64,000 bases of DNA from Ruminiclostridium sp. (GTDB lineage Bacteria; Bacillota; Clostridia; Oscillospirales; Ruminococcaceae): contig JAVBPL010000067.1 in NCBI GenBank assembly GCA_031549645.1, positions 8,336 to 72,335 of the forward strand. Direction: 5' to 3'. This document shows, piece by piece, positions 37,310-47,036 of the stretch (within the stretch, counting starts at the first letter, position 1; every line of letters begins with the position of its first letter). The position numbers and the translations under genes are program-made. Below the pieces are notes generated by a model, which was not told the origin of the DNA, made no database searches, and saw only the letters and a program-made list of their open reading frames with translations.

Positions 37310-37448
37310 TAAAAATTCCTCACTTTCATTTTTCAAAATATTAATACCGCAGGATTATTAACAAATTGTTAACACGTTAAATATTTATTAATAAATCGTT
37401 AACATATTAGCAATATCAACAATTAAACTACGGAATAATTGTGAGGTC

Positions 37449-37477
37449 AGTATAACATATTAAAACCAAAAAGTCAA
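37449..37477 (-). promoter_or_regulatory. sigma-A promoter of the surface protein gene
   Basis: Minus strand TTGACT-17-TATACT with TG extension. Confidence 0.75.
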
Positions 37478-37535
37478 CTAAAAGATAAAAAAAATATACC
37501 ATTAGATAAAAATCGTATAATACAATTATTGTTGA

Positions 37536-37551
37536 ACACAATATATAGTGT
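37536..37551. promoter_or_regulatory. NrdR-box-like palindrome
   Basis: ACACAATATATAGTGT matches consensus acaCwAtATaTwGtgt; single copy only. Confidence 0.4.
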
Positions 37552-37743
37552 ATGCGTTGACAAAACATAGTATGAACAGAATTAATCATAAAATAATTTG
37601 CATGATTTTAGTGCATTAAATATATAGAAAATTGAATTCAATAAAAAAATAATATAAATTTTACAATTAATGCAGTATTTCTTGATTTTATTGCTGTTAT
37701 TCTGTCTTTGCGTTACGATATTCTTCTTTAGAAAGGACATTTA

Positions 37744-38133
37744 ATGAGCAAGCTGGACATAGGTGTTACCATGAAGGAATTAAGAAATGCTAAGAGGCTA
37801 AAGCTTTCTGTTGTAGCAGAGAGAGTAGGTGTGACAGTTGGCGCTATTTCATCGTATGAAAATGGAATGAGATATCCGTCTTATGATGTCCTCATCAAAA
37901 TAGCGCATCTATATAATGTAACCACGGATTATCTGCTCGGGAACACACAAAAGGATATAATCGAAGTAACTGGGCTGAAATCTGAGCAAAGGGATATAAT
38001 ATACTCTATTATTAAAGATTTTAAAGAGCATAACGATCTAGACAGCTATATAAAAAACCAGCAGGCAAAGCTTGCGGGCTGCCACTCTAATATATTGGAG
38101 CAGCCATATTTTGACGATGAAAACATTGAATAA
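37744..38133 (+). CDS. XRE-family HTH transcriptional regulator
   Basis: MKELRNAK...VAERVGVTVGAISSYENGMRYPS...NVTTDYLLG. Confidence 0.9.
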   Translation: MSKLDIGVTMKELRNAKRLKLSVVAERVGVTVGAISSYENGMRYPSYDVLIKIAHLYNVTTDYLLGNTQKDIIEVTGLKSEQRDIIYSIIKDFKEHNDLDSYIKNQQAKLAGCHSNILEQPYFDDENIE

Positions 38134-38174
38134 AAAATCGGTTGTCACATTTTAAAGTGATAACCGATTTTTTT
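38132..38174. terminator. bidirectional terminator
   Basis: AAAAAATCGGTTGTCAC...GTGATAACCGATTTTTT. Confidence 0.8.
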
Positions 38175-38186
38175 ATTATGTTATAT

Positions 38187-39545
38187 CTAGTTTTTTAAGC
38201 TTTGGAGTGGTGCGGGTATTCTGCCGCCTCGGTCAATAAAGGCTTTGCATGAATTTTTATTTATTGGCATAACGGGACCGCTCCCGAACAGACCGCCAAA
38301 CTCGAGGATTTCACCCTCTTTTTTTCCTATTGCGGGGATTACCCTGACGGCTGTGGTCTTATGGTTTACCATGCCGATTGCGGCTTCGTCTGCGATTATG
38401 CCCGAAATGATTTCGGCTGGTGTGTCGCCTGGGACTACAACCATGTCAAGCCCTACCGAGCAAACAGCAGTCATAGCCTCGAGCTTTTCGAGAGATAAAG
38501 CACCTGCCTTAACAGCTTCAATCATTCCTGCATCCTCTGACACGGGGATAAATGCACCCGATAAGCCGCCAACGCTAGACGATGCCATAACGCCGCCCTT
38601 CTTAACAGCATCATTGAGCATTGCAAGAGCCGCCGTTGTGCCGTAAGCACCGCAGCGCTCCAGTCCCATTTCCTCGAGAATATAAGCAACGCTGTCGCCT
38701 ACTGCTGGAGTGGGTGCAAGCGAAAGGTCAACAATTCCGAAGGGAACGCCAAGTGCACGACTTGCTTCTGTGCCGACAAGCTGCCCCATTCTGGTGATTT
38801 TAAAGGCTGTTTTCTTGATAGTTTCCGCTAGCTCGTTTATGCTGGCATCAGGCATCTTCGCAACCGCAGAACGCACAACGCCAGGACCGCTGACACCAAC
38901 ATTTATAACCACATCGGGCTCGCCGACACCGTGAAAGGCGCCCGCCATAAATGGGTTGTCCTCAACTGCGTTACAAAACACAACGATTTTCGCTGCACCG
39001 AAGCAGAAATTATCCGCTGTCAGCTTTGAGGCTGAGACGATTATGTCTCCCATAAGCTTTACAGCATCCATGTTTATACCAGCACGGGTTGAACCAACGT
39101 TTACCGATGAGCAAACCCTCGTGGTAGTCGCAAGCGCTTCAGGGATTGATTTTATTAGCTCAAGGTCGCCTGCCGAGAAGCCCTTTTGCACTAAAGCTGA
39201 GTAGCCGCCGATATAGTTTACGCCAGTAGCATGTGCGACTTTTTCGAGTGTTTCGGCAAATTTTACTGGGCTTGATTTTCCGATTGCCGCCGCAAGCATT
39301 GCAATAGGGGTTACGGAAAGCCTTTTGTTAATTATCGGTATGCCGTAACGCTTTTCGATTTCTTCGCCAGTTTTAACATGATTTTGTGCCTTGCGCATCA
39401 TTTTTTCGTAGATTTTGTCGCATGCCTTGTTGATATCGCTGTCGATGCAGTCGAGGAGAGAAATTCCCATTGTTATCGTTCTGATATCAAGGCACTCCTC
39501 GTCAATCATCTTTATCGTTTCTAATATGTCGTTTGTATTTATCAT
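38187..39545 (-). CDS. UPF0210/DUF711 (PFL-like fold) protein
   Basis: [37 protein letters not shown]. Confidence 0.9.
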   Translation of the reverse strand: MINTNDILETIKMIDEECLDIRTITMGISLLDCIDSDINKACDKIYEKMMRKAQNHVKTGEEIEKRYGIPIINKRLSVTPIAMLAAAIGKSSPVKFAETLEKVAHATGVNYIGGYSALVQKGFSAGDLELIKSIPEALATTTRVCSSVNVGSTRAGINMDAVKLMGDIIVSASKLTADNFCFGAAKIVVFCNAVEDNPFMAGAFHGVGEPDVVINVGVSGPGVVRSAVAKMPDASINELAETIKKTAFKITRMGQLVGTEASRALGVPFGIVDLSLAPTPAVGDSVAYILEEMGLERCGAYGTTAALAMLNDAVKKGGVMASSSVGGLSGAFIPVSEDAGMIEAVKAGALSLEKLEAMTAVCSVGLDMVVVPGDTPAEIISGIIADEAAIGMVNHKTTAVRVIPAIGKKEGEILEFGGLFGSGPVMPINKNSCKAFIDRGGRIPAPLQSLKN

Positions 39546-39559
39546 AGTTTAGCTTACCC

Positions 39560-39829
39560 CTATATCCTATGCATGGAGTTAAAAATATCCTCATGCATAA
39601 CATGGATTTGGAGCCCCATTTCCCGTCCCGCTGTAATCATCATATCTGACAGTTCGCCGAAATCTACTGTGCATTTTGAGATGTCCACAAGCATGGTCAT
39701 CGCAAAAAGCTCCTGCATGATGGTTTGCGAAACATCCATAACGTTTACGCTCGTTTTTGCACAAATATCGGTAACCTTGGCAAGTATTCCGATAGTGTCC
39801 TTTCCAATTACGCTTACAACTGCTTTCAT
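39560..39829 (-). CDS. ACT domain protein (UPF0237)
   Basis: VIGKDTIGILA, DVSQTI, EDIFNSMHRI; usual partner of DUF711. Confidence 0.9.
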   Translation of the reverse strand: MKAVVSVIGKDTIGILAKVTDICAKTSVNVMDVSQTIMQELFAMTMLVDISKCTVDFGELSDMMITAGREMGLQIHVMHEDIFNSMHRI

Positions 39830-39869
39830 AATTCTCTGATGTCCTTTCTCACATTTCCTTATTCGTAAT

Positions 39870-39898
39870 ATTATAACAAAAATTGCGATAAAAGTAAA
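39870..39898 (-). promoter_or_regulatory. sigma-A promoter of the ACT-DUF711 operon
   Basis: Minus strand TTTACT-17-TATAAT with TG extension. Confidence 0.6.
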
Positions 39899-40067
39899 TA
39901 CATGAATTAAAGAATAGATAAAAAGATTATTTTATGATAAAATCCAGTCAAACTACCAAATTATTTATTTACAAAAATTTTACAATGTTTCTACATAATG
40001 CATAAAAAGGCTACTATAAATTTATAAAGATTATTTTATAAAGAGAGTAGATTTTTTCTAAAAAGTA

Positions 40068-40076
40068 TGGTATAAT
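40068..40076 (+). promoter_or_regulatory. extended -10 promoter of the hydrogenase operon
   Basis: TG-G-TATAAT about 40 bp before the first ATG; weak -35 TAGATT. Confidence 0.55.
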
Positions 40077-40117
40077 TATTTCGTTATGATTTTAACAATA
40101 TCAAAGGAGGCTTATAA

Positions 40118-40615
40118 ATGGCTTTTAAAAAATCTGTAGTTCCGTTCACAGGAACTGCTGAACAGGAAAAACAATTGCTGGCAGTCATTTCAGAGCATAA
40201 ATCAACTGAAGGCTCACTCATGCGTATTCTTCAAGAGGCGCAGGAAATCTACGGTTATTTGCCGTATGAGGTTCAGACGATTATTGCCGAGGAGCTTGAC
40301 GTTCCGCTCGAAAAGGTTTACGGAGTAGTAACCTTTTATTCACAGTTTTCATTAAATCCGAAGGGCAAGTATAAAATATCGGTTTGTCTCGGTACAGCTT
40401 GCTACGTTAAGGGTTCAGGCGACATCTTCAAGAAGCTCCAGGACAAGCTTGGCATCAAGGGCGGAGAAATTACTGAAGATGGTAAGTTTTCGCTTGAGGA
40501 CTGCCGCTGTATAGGCGCTTGCGGTCTTGCACCAGTACTTACAGTAAACGACGATGTTTATGGACGTCTCACAGGCGACGAGCTAGATGAAATCATTGCA
40601 AAATATAATGATTAA
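40118..40615 (+). CDS. [FeFe]-hydrogenase NuoE-like 2Fe-2S subunit (HydC/HndA)
   Basis: VCLGTACYVKG, CIGACGLAP. Confidence 0.92.
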   Translation: MAFKKSVVPFTGTAEQEKQLLAVISEHKSTEGSLMRILQEAQEIYGYLPYEVQTIIAEELDVPLEKVYGVVTFYSQFSLNPKGKYKISVCLGTACYVKGSGDIFKKLQDKLGIKGGEITEDGKFSLEDCRCIGACGLAPVLTVNDDVYGRLTGDELDEIIAKYND

Positions 40616-40618
40616 TTT

Positions 40619-41173
40619 ATGACCGAATTATCCTTAAACGTGCTGGATATTGCACAAAACAGCGTAAAAGCAGAGGCCACGCTTATCGAAATCTCAGTGA
40701 TTATCAGCACAGACGAAAATCGGCTGCGGATAATCATTAAAGATAACGGCACGGGTATGAGTGAGGAAGTGCTTAATAAAGTCACCGATCCCTTTTATAC
40801 AACGAGAACCACCCGAAAAGTCGGGCTAGGAATTCCTTTTTATAAAATGGCGGCAGAAATGACTGGAGGAAGCTTTTGGATTAAATCCACGCTCGGTGTA
40901 GGAACAGAGCTTATTGCTGAATTTGTTTTAGACAATATCGACAGAATGCCGCTCGGCGACATAAACGGCACAATAGCCACCTTGATTATTTATAATATAG
41001 ACATTGATTTTATTTACAAATATCAAGTCGACGGTGAAGAATTTATACTTTCGACCGCCGAAATGAAGGAGCTTCTCGAAGGAGTTCCCTTGAATAACCC
41101 CGATGTATCGGCGTATATTAAAGAATATCTTACCGAAAACTCAAACGAGATTAATAAAGGCAGATTATTCTAA
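40619..41173 (+). CDS. stand-alone HATPase_c (histidine kinase-like ATPase)
   Basis: LDIAQNS, DNGTGM, DPFYTTRTTRKVGLG; no HisKA domain. Confidence 0.85.
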   Translation: MTELSLNVLDIAQNSVKAEATLIEISVIISTDENRLRIIIKDNGTGMSEEVLNKVTDPFYTTRTTRKVGLGIPFYKMAAEMTGGSFWIKSTLGVGTELIAEFVLDNIDRMPLGDINGTIATLIIYNIDIDFIYKYQVDGEEFILSTAEMKELLEGVPLNNPDVSAYIKEYLTENSNEINKGRLF

Positions 41174-41204
41174 AAAATCAAAAATCTACCGAAAGGATAA
41201 CACA

Positions 41205-41582
41205 ATGAAAACATTAGCAGAGCTTAAAGCTATAAAAGACAAAATGCAAGGTCAGGTTGGCATCAGAAACGAGTCTGAGTCGGAAACCCGTGTTGTTGTA
41301 GGTATGGCTACCTGCGGAATAGCGGCTGGAGCAAGACCTGTTCTTAATACATTTTCAGAGCTTGTACACGAGAAAAACCTTAAAGGTATTTCTGTTACAC
41401 AGACAGGCTGTATCGGACTTTGCCAGTATGAGCCTATTGTAGAAATCTACGAGCCAGGCAAGGAAAAGGTTACTTACATCAAGATGGACGCAGAAAAGTC
41501 AAAGAAGGTTGTTGACCAGCACCTCGTTCGCGGCACTGTAATTGCTGAATACACAATCAATAATTCTAATCTGGCAAAGTAA
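41205..41582 (+). CDS. thioredoxin-like 2Fe-2S ferredoxin subunit (HydD/HndB)
   Basis: GMATCGIAAGA, TGCIGLCQYEP; RBS AAGGA before ATG 41205. Confidence 0.88.
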   Translation: MKTLAELKAIKDKMQGQVGIRNESESETRVVVGMATCGIAAGARPVLNTFSELVHEKNLKGISVTQTGCIGLCQYEPIVEIYEPGKEKVTYIKMDAEKSKKVVDQHLVRGTVIAEYTINNSNLAK

Positions 41583-41618
41583 AATAATTTATTTAGTACG
41601 AAAGGAATGGTATAAATA

Positions 41619-43412
41619 ATGTTTCGTTCACATGTTTTAGTCTGTGGCGGTACAGGCTGTACCTCGTCTGGCAGCGCACAAATAATCAAAGCGCTTGAAG
41701 CCGAGATAAAGAAAAATGACCTCGCGAAAGAGGTTAGCGTTGTTCAAACAGGCTGCTTCGGGCTTTGCGCACTCGGACCGATTATGATAATTTATCCCGA
41801 GGGAAGCTTTTATTCAATGGTTCAGGAAAGCGATATTCCCGAAATCGTTTCAGAGCACCTCTTAAAGGGACGTGTAGTTGAAAGACTTCTATACACTGAA
41901 ACAGTTACCGATGAAGGTATAAAGTCACTTAATGACACAAATTTCTATAAAAAACAAATGCGTATAGCACTCCGCAACTGCGGTGTTATAAATCCCGAAA
42001 ATATTGAAGAATACATAGCTGTTGACGGTTATCAGGCTCTCGGTAAGGTTCTTACTGAAATGAAGCCCGAGGACGTTATCCAGACAGTGCTTGACTCAGG
42101 GCTCAGAGGACGCGGCGGCGGCGGTTTCCCGACAGGACGTAAATGGGATCTCGCAAGACGGCTTGTTCCTAACGCTGACCAGAAGTACGTTTGCTGTAAC
42201 GCCGACGAAGGTGACCCTGGTGCGTTTATGGACCGTTCGGTGCTTGAGGGTGACCCTCATGTGTTGATTGAGGCTATGGCGATTGCGGGCTACGCAATCG
42301 GAGCAACACAAGGCTATGTTTATGTTCGTGCAGAATATCCCATTGCCGTAAGACGTCTTGAAATAGCAATCGGACAGGCTCGTGAATACGGCTTGTTGGG
42401 TAAAAATATATTTGAAAGCGGCTTTGACTTCGACCTCGAAATCAGACTTGGTGCTGGTGCATTCGTGTGCGGCGAGGAAACCGCTCTTATGACCTCAATT
42501 GAGGGTAACAGAGGTGAGCCTAGACCCCGTCCTCCGTTCCCAGCAGAAGCAGGCTTATGGAAGAAGCCCACAATCCTAAATAACGTTGAAACCTACGCAA
42601 ATATTCCGCAGATTATTTTAAAGGGTGCTGATTGGTTCAGTGCAATCGGAACCGAAAAATCTAAGGGTACTAAGGTATTCGCTCTCGGTGGTAAAATTAA
42701 CAATACCGGACTTGTTGAAATCCCCATGGGTACAACACTCCGTGAAGTCGTTTTCGAAATCGGCGGCGGTATACCTGGCGGCAAGAAGTTCAAGGCAGCT
42801 CAGACAGGCGGACCTTCAGGCGGCTGTATTCCCACACAGCATCTCGATATTCCGATAGATTACGACAACCTTATTTCTATCGGCTCCATGATGGGTTCGG
42901 GCGGACTTATCGTTATGGACGAAGACAACTGTATGGTTGACATCGCTAAGTTTTTCCTCGAGTTCACCGTTGATGAGTCGTGCGGAAAATGTACACCATG
43001 CCGTATTGGTACAAAGAGACTCTACGAAATGCTCGAAAAGATTACTTCAGGTAACGGCACAATGGCAGACCTTGACGAGATGGAGGAGCTATGCAACTAC
43101 ATCAAGAACAACTCACTCTGCGGTCTCGGTCAGACAGCTCCAAACCCTGTGCTTTCAACCCTCAAGTTCTTTAGAGATGAATATATTTCACACGTAAAGG
43201 ATAAAAAATGTCCAGCTGGTGTATGTACAGATTTGTTATCCTATACAATTATACCCGAGAAGTGCAAGGGCTGTACAGCTTGTGCAAGAGTTTGCCCAGT
43301 CGGCGCAATCTCAGGTGCGGTTAAGGAAGCTCATGTTATTGATACTGCAAAATGTATCAAGTGCGGTGCTTGTATCGAAAAGTGCAAATTCGGCGCTATT
43401 ATAAAAGTTTAG
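41619..43412 (+). CDS. NuoF-like FMN/NADH-binding subunit (HydB/HndC)
   Basis: GLRGRGGGGFP, NADEGDPGAFMDR, GAGAFVCGEET, GGPSGG, ESCGKCTPCR, C-terminal 2x[4Fe-4S]. Confidence 0.95.
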   Translation: MFRSHVLVCGGTGCTSSGSAQIIKALEAEIKKNDLAKEVSVVQTGCFGLCALGPIMIIYPEGSFYSMVQESDIPEIVSEHLLKGRVVERLLYTETVTDEGIKSLNDTNFYKKQMRIALRNCGVINPENIEEYIAVDGYQALGKVLTEMKPEDVIQTVLDSGLRGRGGGGFPTGRKWDLARRLVPNADQKYVCCNADEGDPGAFMDRSVLEGDPHVLIEAMAIAGYAIGATQGYVYVRAEYPIAVRRLEIAIGQAREYGLLGKNIFESGFDFDLEIRLGAGAFVCGEETALMTSIEGNRGEPRPRPPFPAEAGLWKKPTILNNVETYANIPQIILKGADWFSAIGTEKSKGTKVFALGGKINNTGLVEIPMGTTLREVVFEIGGGIPGGKKFKAAQTGGPSGGCIPTQHLDIPIDYDNLISIGSMMGSGGLIVMDEDNCMVDIAKFFLEFTVDESCGKCTPCRIGTKRLYEMLEKITSGNGTMADLDEMEELCNYIKNNSLCGLGQTAPNPVLSTLKFFRDEYISHVKDKKCPAGVCTDLLSYTIIPEKCKGCTACARVCPVGAISGAVKEAHVIDTAKCIKCGACIEKCKFGAIIKV

Positions 43413-43433
43413 TTTATCAGAAAGGAAATTAAC

Positions 43434-45194
43434 ATGGTTAATATAAAAATTAACGGCATCGCCTGTGAGGTTACAGAGGGTACAACCATTCTTGAAGCCG
43501 CTCGTGCTAACGGAATAAATATACCCACTCTGTGCTGGCTCAAGGGACTTAACGAAATCGGTGCTTGCCGTATTTGCGTAGTTGAAATGGTAGGCGGAAG
43601 AAGCCTTGTTGCATCTTGTGTATACCCTATTTCAAAGGCTGATGAGGGCAGAGAAATACTGACTCACTCAAAGAATGTTCTCGAAAGTAGAAAGACTACA
43701 TTACAGCTACTGCTTTCAGACCATAACAAAAAATGTCTTTCATGCGCAAGAAACGGTCGTTGTGAGCTTCAGAGCCTTTGCCGTGAGCTTGGTGTAGACG
43801 ATGAAAATCGTTTCGAGGGTGCAGTAAATGAATTTGATATCGATAAAAGCTCGCTCCACATGTACCGTGATAACAATAAGTGCATCAACTGCCGCCGTTG
43901 TGTGGCTGCCTGCGCAGATACACAGGGTGTCGGCGTTATCGGCGCAAATGAAAGAGGCTTCAAGACAGAAATAAGCTGTGCATTCGATATGGATCTTGCG
44001 GCTACCTCATGCGTATCCTGCGGTCAGTGCATCACAGTCTGCCCGACAGGTGCTTTATCCGAAAAGGACGACACCGATAAGGTTTGGGATGCTCTCGCTG
44101 ATAAAGACAAGGTTGTAGTGGTTCAGACCGCTCCCGCTGTTCGTGCTTCTCTTGGCGAGGCTTTCGGTTTCCCGATGGGTACTCCCGTTGAGGGTAAAAT
44201 GGCAACCGCACTCCGTATTCTCGGCTTCAATGCTGTGTTTGATACAAATTTCGGTGCCGACCTCACTATAATGGAGGAAGCAAACGAGCTTATCGATAGA
44301 ATACAGAACAAGGGTGTTCTCCCTATGATTACATCTTGCTCACCCGGCTGGATTAGGTACTGCGAGGCTTATTACCCCGAAATGCTCCCGAATTTATCCT
44401 CATGTAAATCTCCTCAGCAGATGAACGGTGCAATCACTAAGACCTATTGGGCTGAAAAGATGAATATTGACCCCGAAAAAATTGTCAGTGTATCAGTAAT
44501 GCCTTGTACCGCTAAGAAGTTTGAGGTTAAGCGTCCTAATCAGAATGCGGCAGGTAAGGATTTACCCGATGTTGATATTTCGATTACAACCCGTGAGCTT
44601 GCTAAGATGATTGAAAAAGCGGGTATCCGTTTTGCAGAGCTTCCTGACGGAACCTTCGATTCACCTCTCGGCAACGGTACAGGTGCGGCGATTATCTTCG
44701 GCGCAACAGGCGGTGTTATGGAAGCGGCACTCCGTACAGCGGTATGGAAGCTGACAGGCGAAAATGCTGACAGCCCCGTTGAGTTTAACGAAGTAAGAGG
44801 CGTAAAGGGCATCAAGATGGCTAGCTACACAGTAGGAAGCCTTGAGGTTAAGGTTGCCGTTGCTTCTGGACTTTCGAACGCAAGGGAACTTCTTGATAAG
44901 GTTAAGGCGGGCGAAATCGAAGTACACTTCATTGAAATCATGGCGTGTCCTGGCGGCTGTGTAAACGGCGGCGGACAGATAATCGTTCCATCAGACGTGA
45001 GAAACTTCACCGATATCAGAGCTGAAAGAGCAAAGGCTTTATACAGCTTAGACGAGAAGAACAAGGTAAGCAGAAAGTCACACGAAAACCCCGAAATCGA
45101 AGAGGTATACAAGAACTTCTTAGGAAAACCTGGCAGCCACAAGGCTCACGAGGTTCTCCATACCACTTATAGAGCGACTAAGCTTTCGAAGTAA
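43434..45194 (+). CDS. hydA: group A [FeFe]-hydrogenase catalytic subunit (HydA/HndD)
   Basis: N-terminal Fe-S clusters; H-cluster motifs TSCSPGW, MPCTAKKFE, EIMACPGGCVNGGGQ. Confidence 0.95.
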   Translation: MVNIKINGIACEVTEGTTILEAARANGINIPTLCWLKGLNEIGACRICVVEMVGGRSLVASCVYPISKADEGREILTHSKNVLESRKTTLQLLLSDHNKKCLSCARNGRCELQSLCRELGVDDENRFEGAVNEFDIDKSSLHMYRDNNKCINCRRCVAACADTQGVGVIGANERGFKTEISCAFDMDLAATSCVSCGQCITVCPTGALSEKDDTDKVWDALADKDKVVVVQTAPAVRASLGEAFGFPMGTPVEGKMATALRILGFNAVFDTNFGADLTIMEEANELIDRIQNKGVLPMITSCSPGWIRYCEAYYPEMLPNLSSCKSPQQMNGAITKTYWAEKMNIDPEKIVSVSVMPCTAKKFEVKRPNQNAAGKDLPDVDISITTRELAKMIEKAGIRFAELPDGTFDSPLGNGTGAAIIFGATGGVMEAALRTAVWKLTGENADSPVEFNEVRGVKGIKMASYTVGSLEVKVAVASGLSNARELLDKVKAGEIEVHFIEIMACPGGCVNGGGQIIVPSDVRNFTDIRAERAKALYSLDEKNKVSRKSHENPEIEEVYKNFLGKPGSHKAHEVLHTTYRATKLSK

Positions 45195-45214
45195 ATTAAG
45201 TATTAGTATATCAA

Positions 45215-45253
45215 AAACGAGCAGAAACGAGCAGTCCGAAGGCTGCTCGTTTT
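45215..45253 (+). terminator. terminator after the hydrogenase operon
   Basis: AAACGAGCAG (present twice in tandem) pairs with CTGCTCGTTT. Confidence 0.82.
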
Positions 45254-45279
45254 AAATTTTAATAGCTGTTTAAATAATA

Positions 45280-45307
45280 TTGACAAAACACAATTATGTG
45301 ATATAAT
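45280..45307 (+). promoter_or_regulatory. sigma-A promoter
   Basis: TTGACA-16-TATAAT with TG extension. Confidence 0.75.
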
Positions 45308-45340
45308 GGATAATATAAGCAACTTATTAGGAGGGGAAAG

Positions 45341-45904
45341 ATGGTTGGCATCAATAAAAGCACCCATATTAAAAGAATACTTATCATTGGTATTCCTCTT
45401 ATCATTATCATAGCAATTTCAGCCTTTATCATTTATACACATGATGTGCATTTTGTCTATGATAATCAAACCTGTCATGTTAGCAATGACGGTCCGATGA
45501 GCGCAGAGGACATCGAAAAATTAAATTCTCTTGGTTATGTAGTTAATTATCCCAGTTTTAGGAATGTTGCTTCATATAATCGAGCCGTTATGCATGATAA
45601 TGTATACCCCTATATTAATTACATAATGAATAGTTATAGTATAGAAATAGCATCACTGTATAGCAACCATGCAAAGCTTGATTATACAGTTGAGGTTAAG
45701 AAGAACAAGACTCTGACAGTAAAGTTTTTCGGTTATGGGTATCCGAGCGGCAAAGATGAGGTAAGGTTAGAAAAAGAGTTTATCTTTGATATCAAGGATA
45801 TAGGTATTTTTGGCAGTGACAAGGAAGTACGGCTAATCGATTCCGAAGAATATTATGAAATTTACGGTAACGGCTTATATGCCGCAGTTAGTTTGGTAGA
45901 ATAG
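45341..45904 (+). CDS. hypothetical protein with N-terminal membrane anchor
   Basis: Strong RBS AGGAGG, own promoter and terminator, one hydrophobic segment. Confidence 0.7.
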   Translation: MVGINKSTHIKRILIIGIPLIIIIAISAFIIYTHDVHFVYDNQTCHVSNDGPMSAEDIEKLNSLGYVVNYPSFRNVASYNRAVMHDNVYPYINYIMNSYSIEIASLYSNHAKLDYTVEVKKNKTLTVKFFGYGYPSGKDEVRLEKEFIFDIKDIGIFGSDKEVRLIDSEEYYEIYGNGLYAAVSLVE

Positions 45905-45911
45905 TAAAAAT

Positions 45912-45944
45912 AAAAACAGGAAATTGCTTGCAATTTCCTGTTTT
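45912..45944. terminator. bidirectional terminator
   Basis: AAAACAGGAAATTGC/GCAATTTCCTGTTTT inverted repeat. Confidence 0.82.
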
Positions 45945-45954
45945 AAGTTTATTC

Positions 45955-46830
45955 TTAACTCATAAAAAGCTGTGCCCAATATGTACCGCTCTTTCCTATA
46001 CCCATATAAGTGAATTTTGAGCTTAAAATATTAGCACGATGTCCTGGTGATGCTAACCAGCCGTCAACGACATCTTTAGCGGTTTTGTAACCGTAGGCGA
46101 TGTTTTCACCCGCCGAACGATAATTTAGGCCTACATCATCAAAAACAGTAAAGCACGAGGTGCCGTCAGGTCTGGTGTGAGCAAACTTTGTGATGGTTTC
46201 CTCGGCTCTGATTTGGGCTGCCTTGCTTAAGGTGCTATGTAAGGAAAGCTCTGAAAGTCCATTTTCTTTTCTCGCCTCATTAACGTACTTTAAGACTTCC
46301 TTTGCATAATCTGTTTCATTCGCCGCAGTATTATCAGTTGTGCTATTTGAGGGTTCATTTGTCGATGCTTTCTCATTTACGGTAACCTTGATGTTTTTAA
46401 CCTTGCTCGTGTCGTCAGGTGAATAAATTTTTACGGTGGCTGTACCGACGGATTTTCCTGTTATCTTGATTGTGGCTTTTCCGTTTTTCAGCTCCTTGCT
46501 AATACCCACGTTGACATTAGAGCTGCTGCTTTTCACCTTTATGCTGTCGGTGTTTTTTGCGGTTACGGTAACGGTTTTTGAGTTGCCTACTGTTACGCTA
46601 AGGCTCGATTTTGAAGCTGTGATTGAGACTTTTTCTTCAGATTTCGTTTCAGCGCCGCAGCTGCTTGAAATTAAAGAAAGAATTGTGTTCTTAAGCTCTG
46701 CTGGGAGGCTTTGCAAATTACAGATTTTACATATATCGGTAGGACACGCAGCCGACGAAGTAATTGCCATACCTACCATCATTGATACTATTATGTAAAA
46801 TATTAATGTCGTTTTTAGAAACCTTTTCAT
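45955..46830 (-). CDS. secreted CAP/SCP domain protein with Ig-like domain
   Basis: VNEARKENGL, FAHTRPDG, AGENIAYG, WLASPGHRANIL, YWAQLF; RBS AGGAGG. Confidence 0.88.
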   Translation of the reverse strand: MKRFLKTTLIFYIIVSMMVGMAITSSAACPTDICKICNLQSLPAELKNTILSLISSSCGAETKSEEKVSITASKSSLSVTVGNSKTVTVTAKNTDSIKVKSSSSNVNVGISKELKNGKATIKITGKSVGTATVKIYSPDDTSKVKNIKVTVNEKASTNEPSNSTTDNTAANETDYAKEVLKYVNEARKENGLSELSLHSTLSKAAQIRAEETITKFAHTRPDGTSCFTVFDDVGLNYRSAGENIAYGYKTAKDVVDGWLASPGHRANILSSKFTYMGIGKSGTYWAQLFMS

Positions 46831-46970
46831 AAGGAATCCTCCTTTCATGGTTAAAATGGGTATGTTTCCATTTTAACATAAATATACAGCTTTTTCAACA
46901 AAAAACGGCATGTAAATCATGGTTTTTAAGGAAATAAATTACTATTAGCAACTAACGTTATTAATAGCTA

Positions 46971-46999
46971 TTGCAAATTTAAGATAAATGTTATATAAT
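46971..46999 (+). promoter_or_regulatory. sigma-A promoter
   Basis: TTGCAA-17-TATAAT. Confidence 0.65.
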
Positions 47000-47036
47000 A
47001 TACGAGTGAATTTATGAAAAGGAAATGGTTATTAAG

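Noticed and set aside
38187-39545. Pyruvate formate-lyase or glycyl radical enzyme
   Set aside because: No C-terminal RVxGY glycyl motif and no activase; it is DUF711.
39900-40110. Rex operator upstream of the hydrogenase operon
   Set aside because: No convincing TTGTTAA-N4-TTAACAA match; partial matches at 37366 and 51920 are weak in AT-rich DNA.
45215-45234. 10-bp tandem duplication AAACGAGCAG
   Set aside because: A duplicated terminator arm; no evidence of an insertion element.
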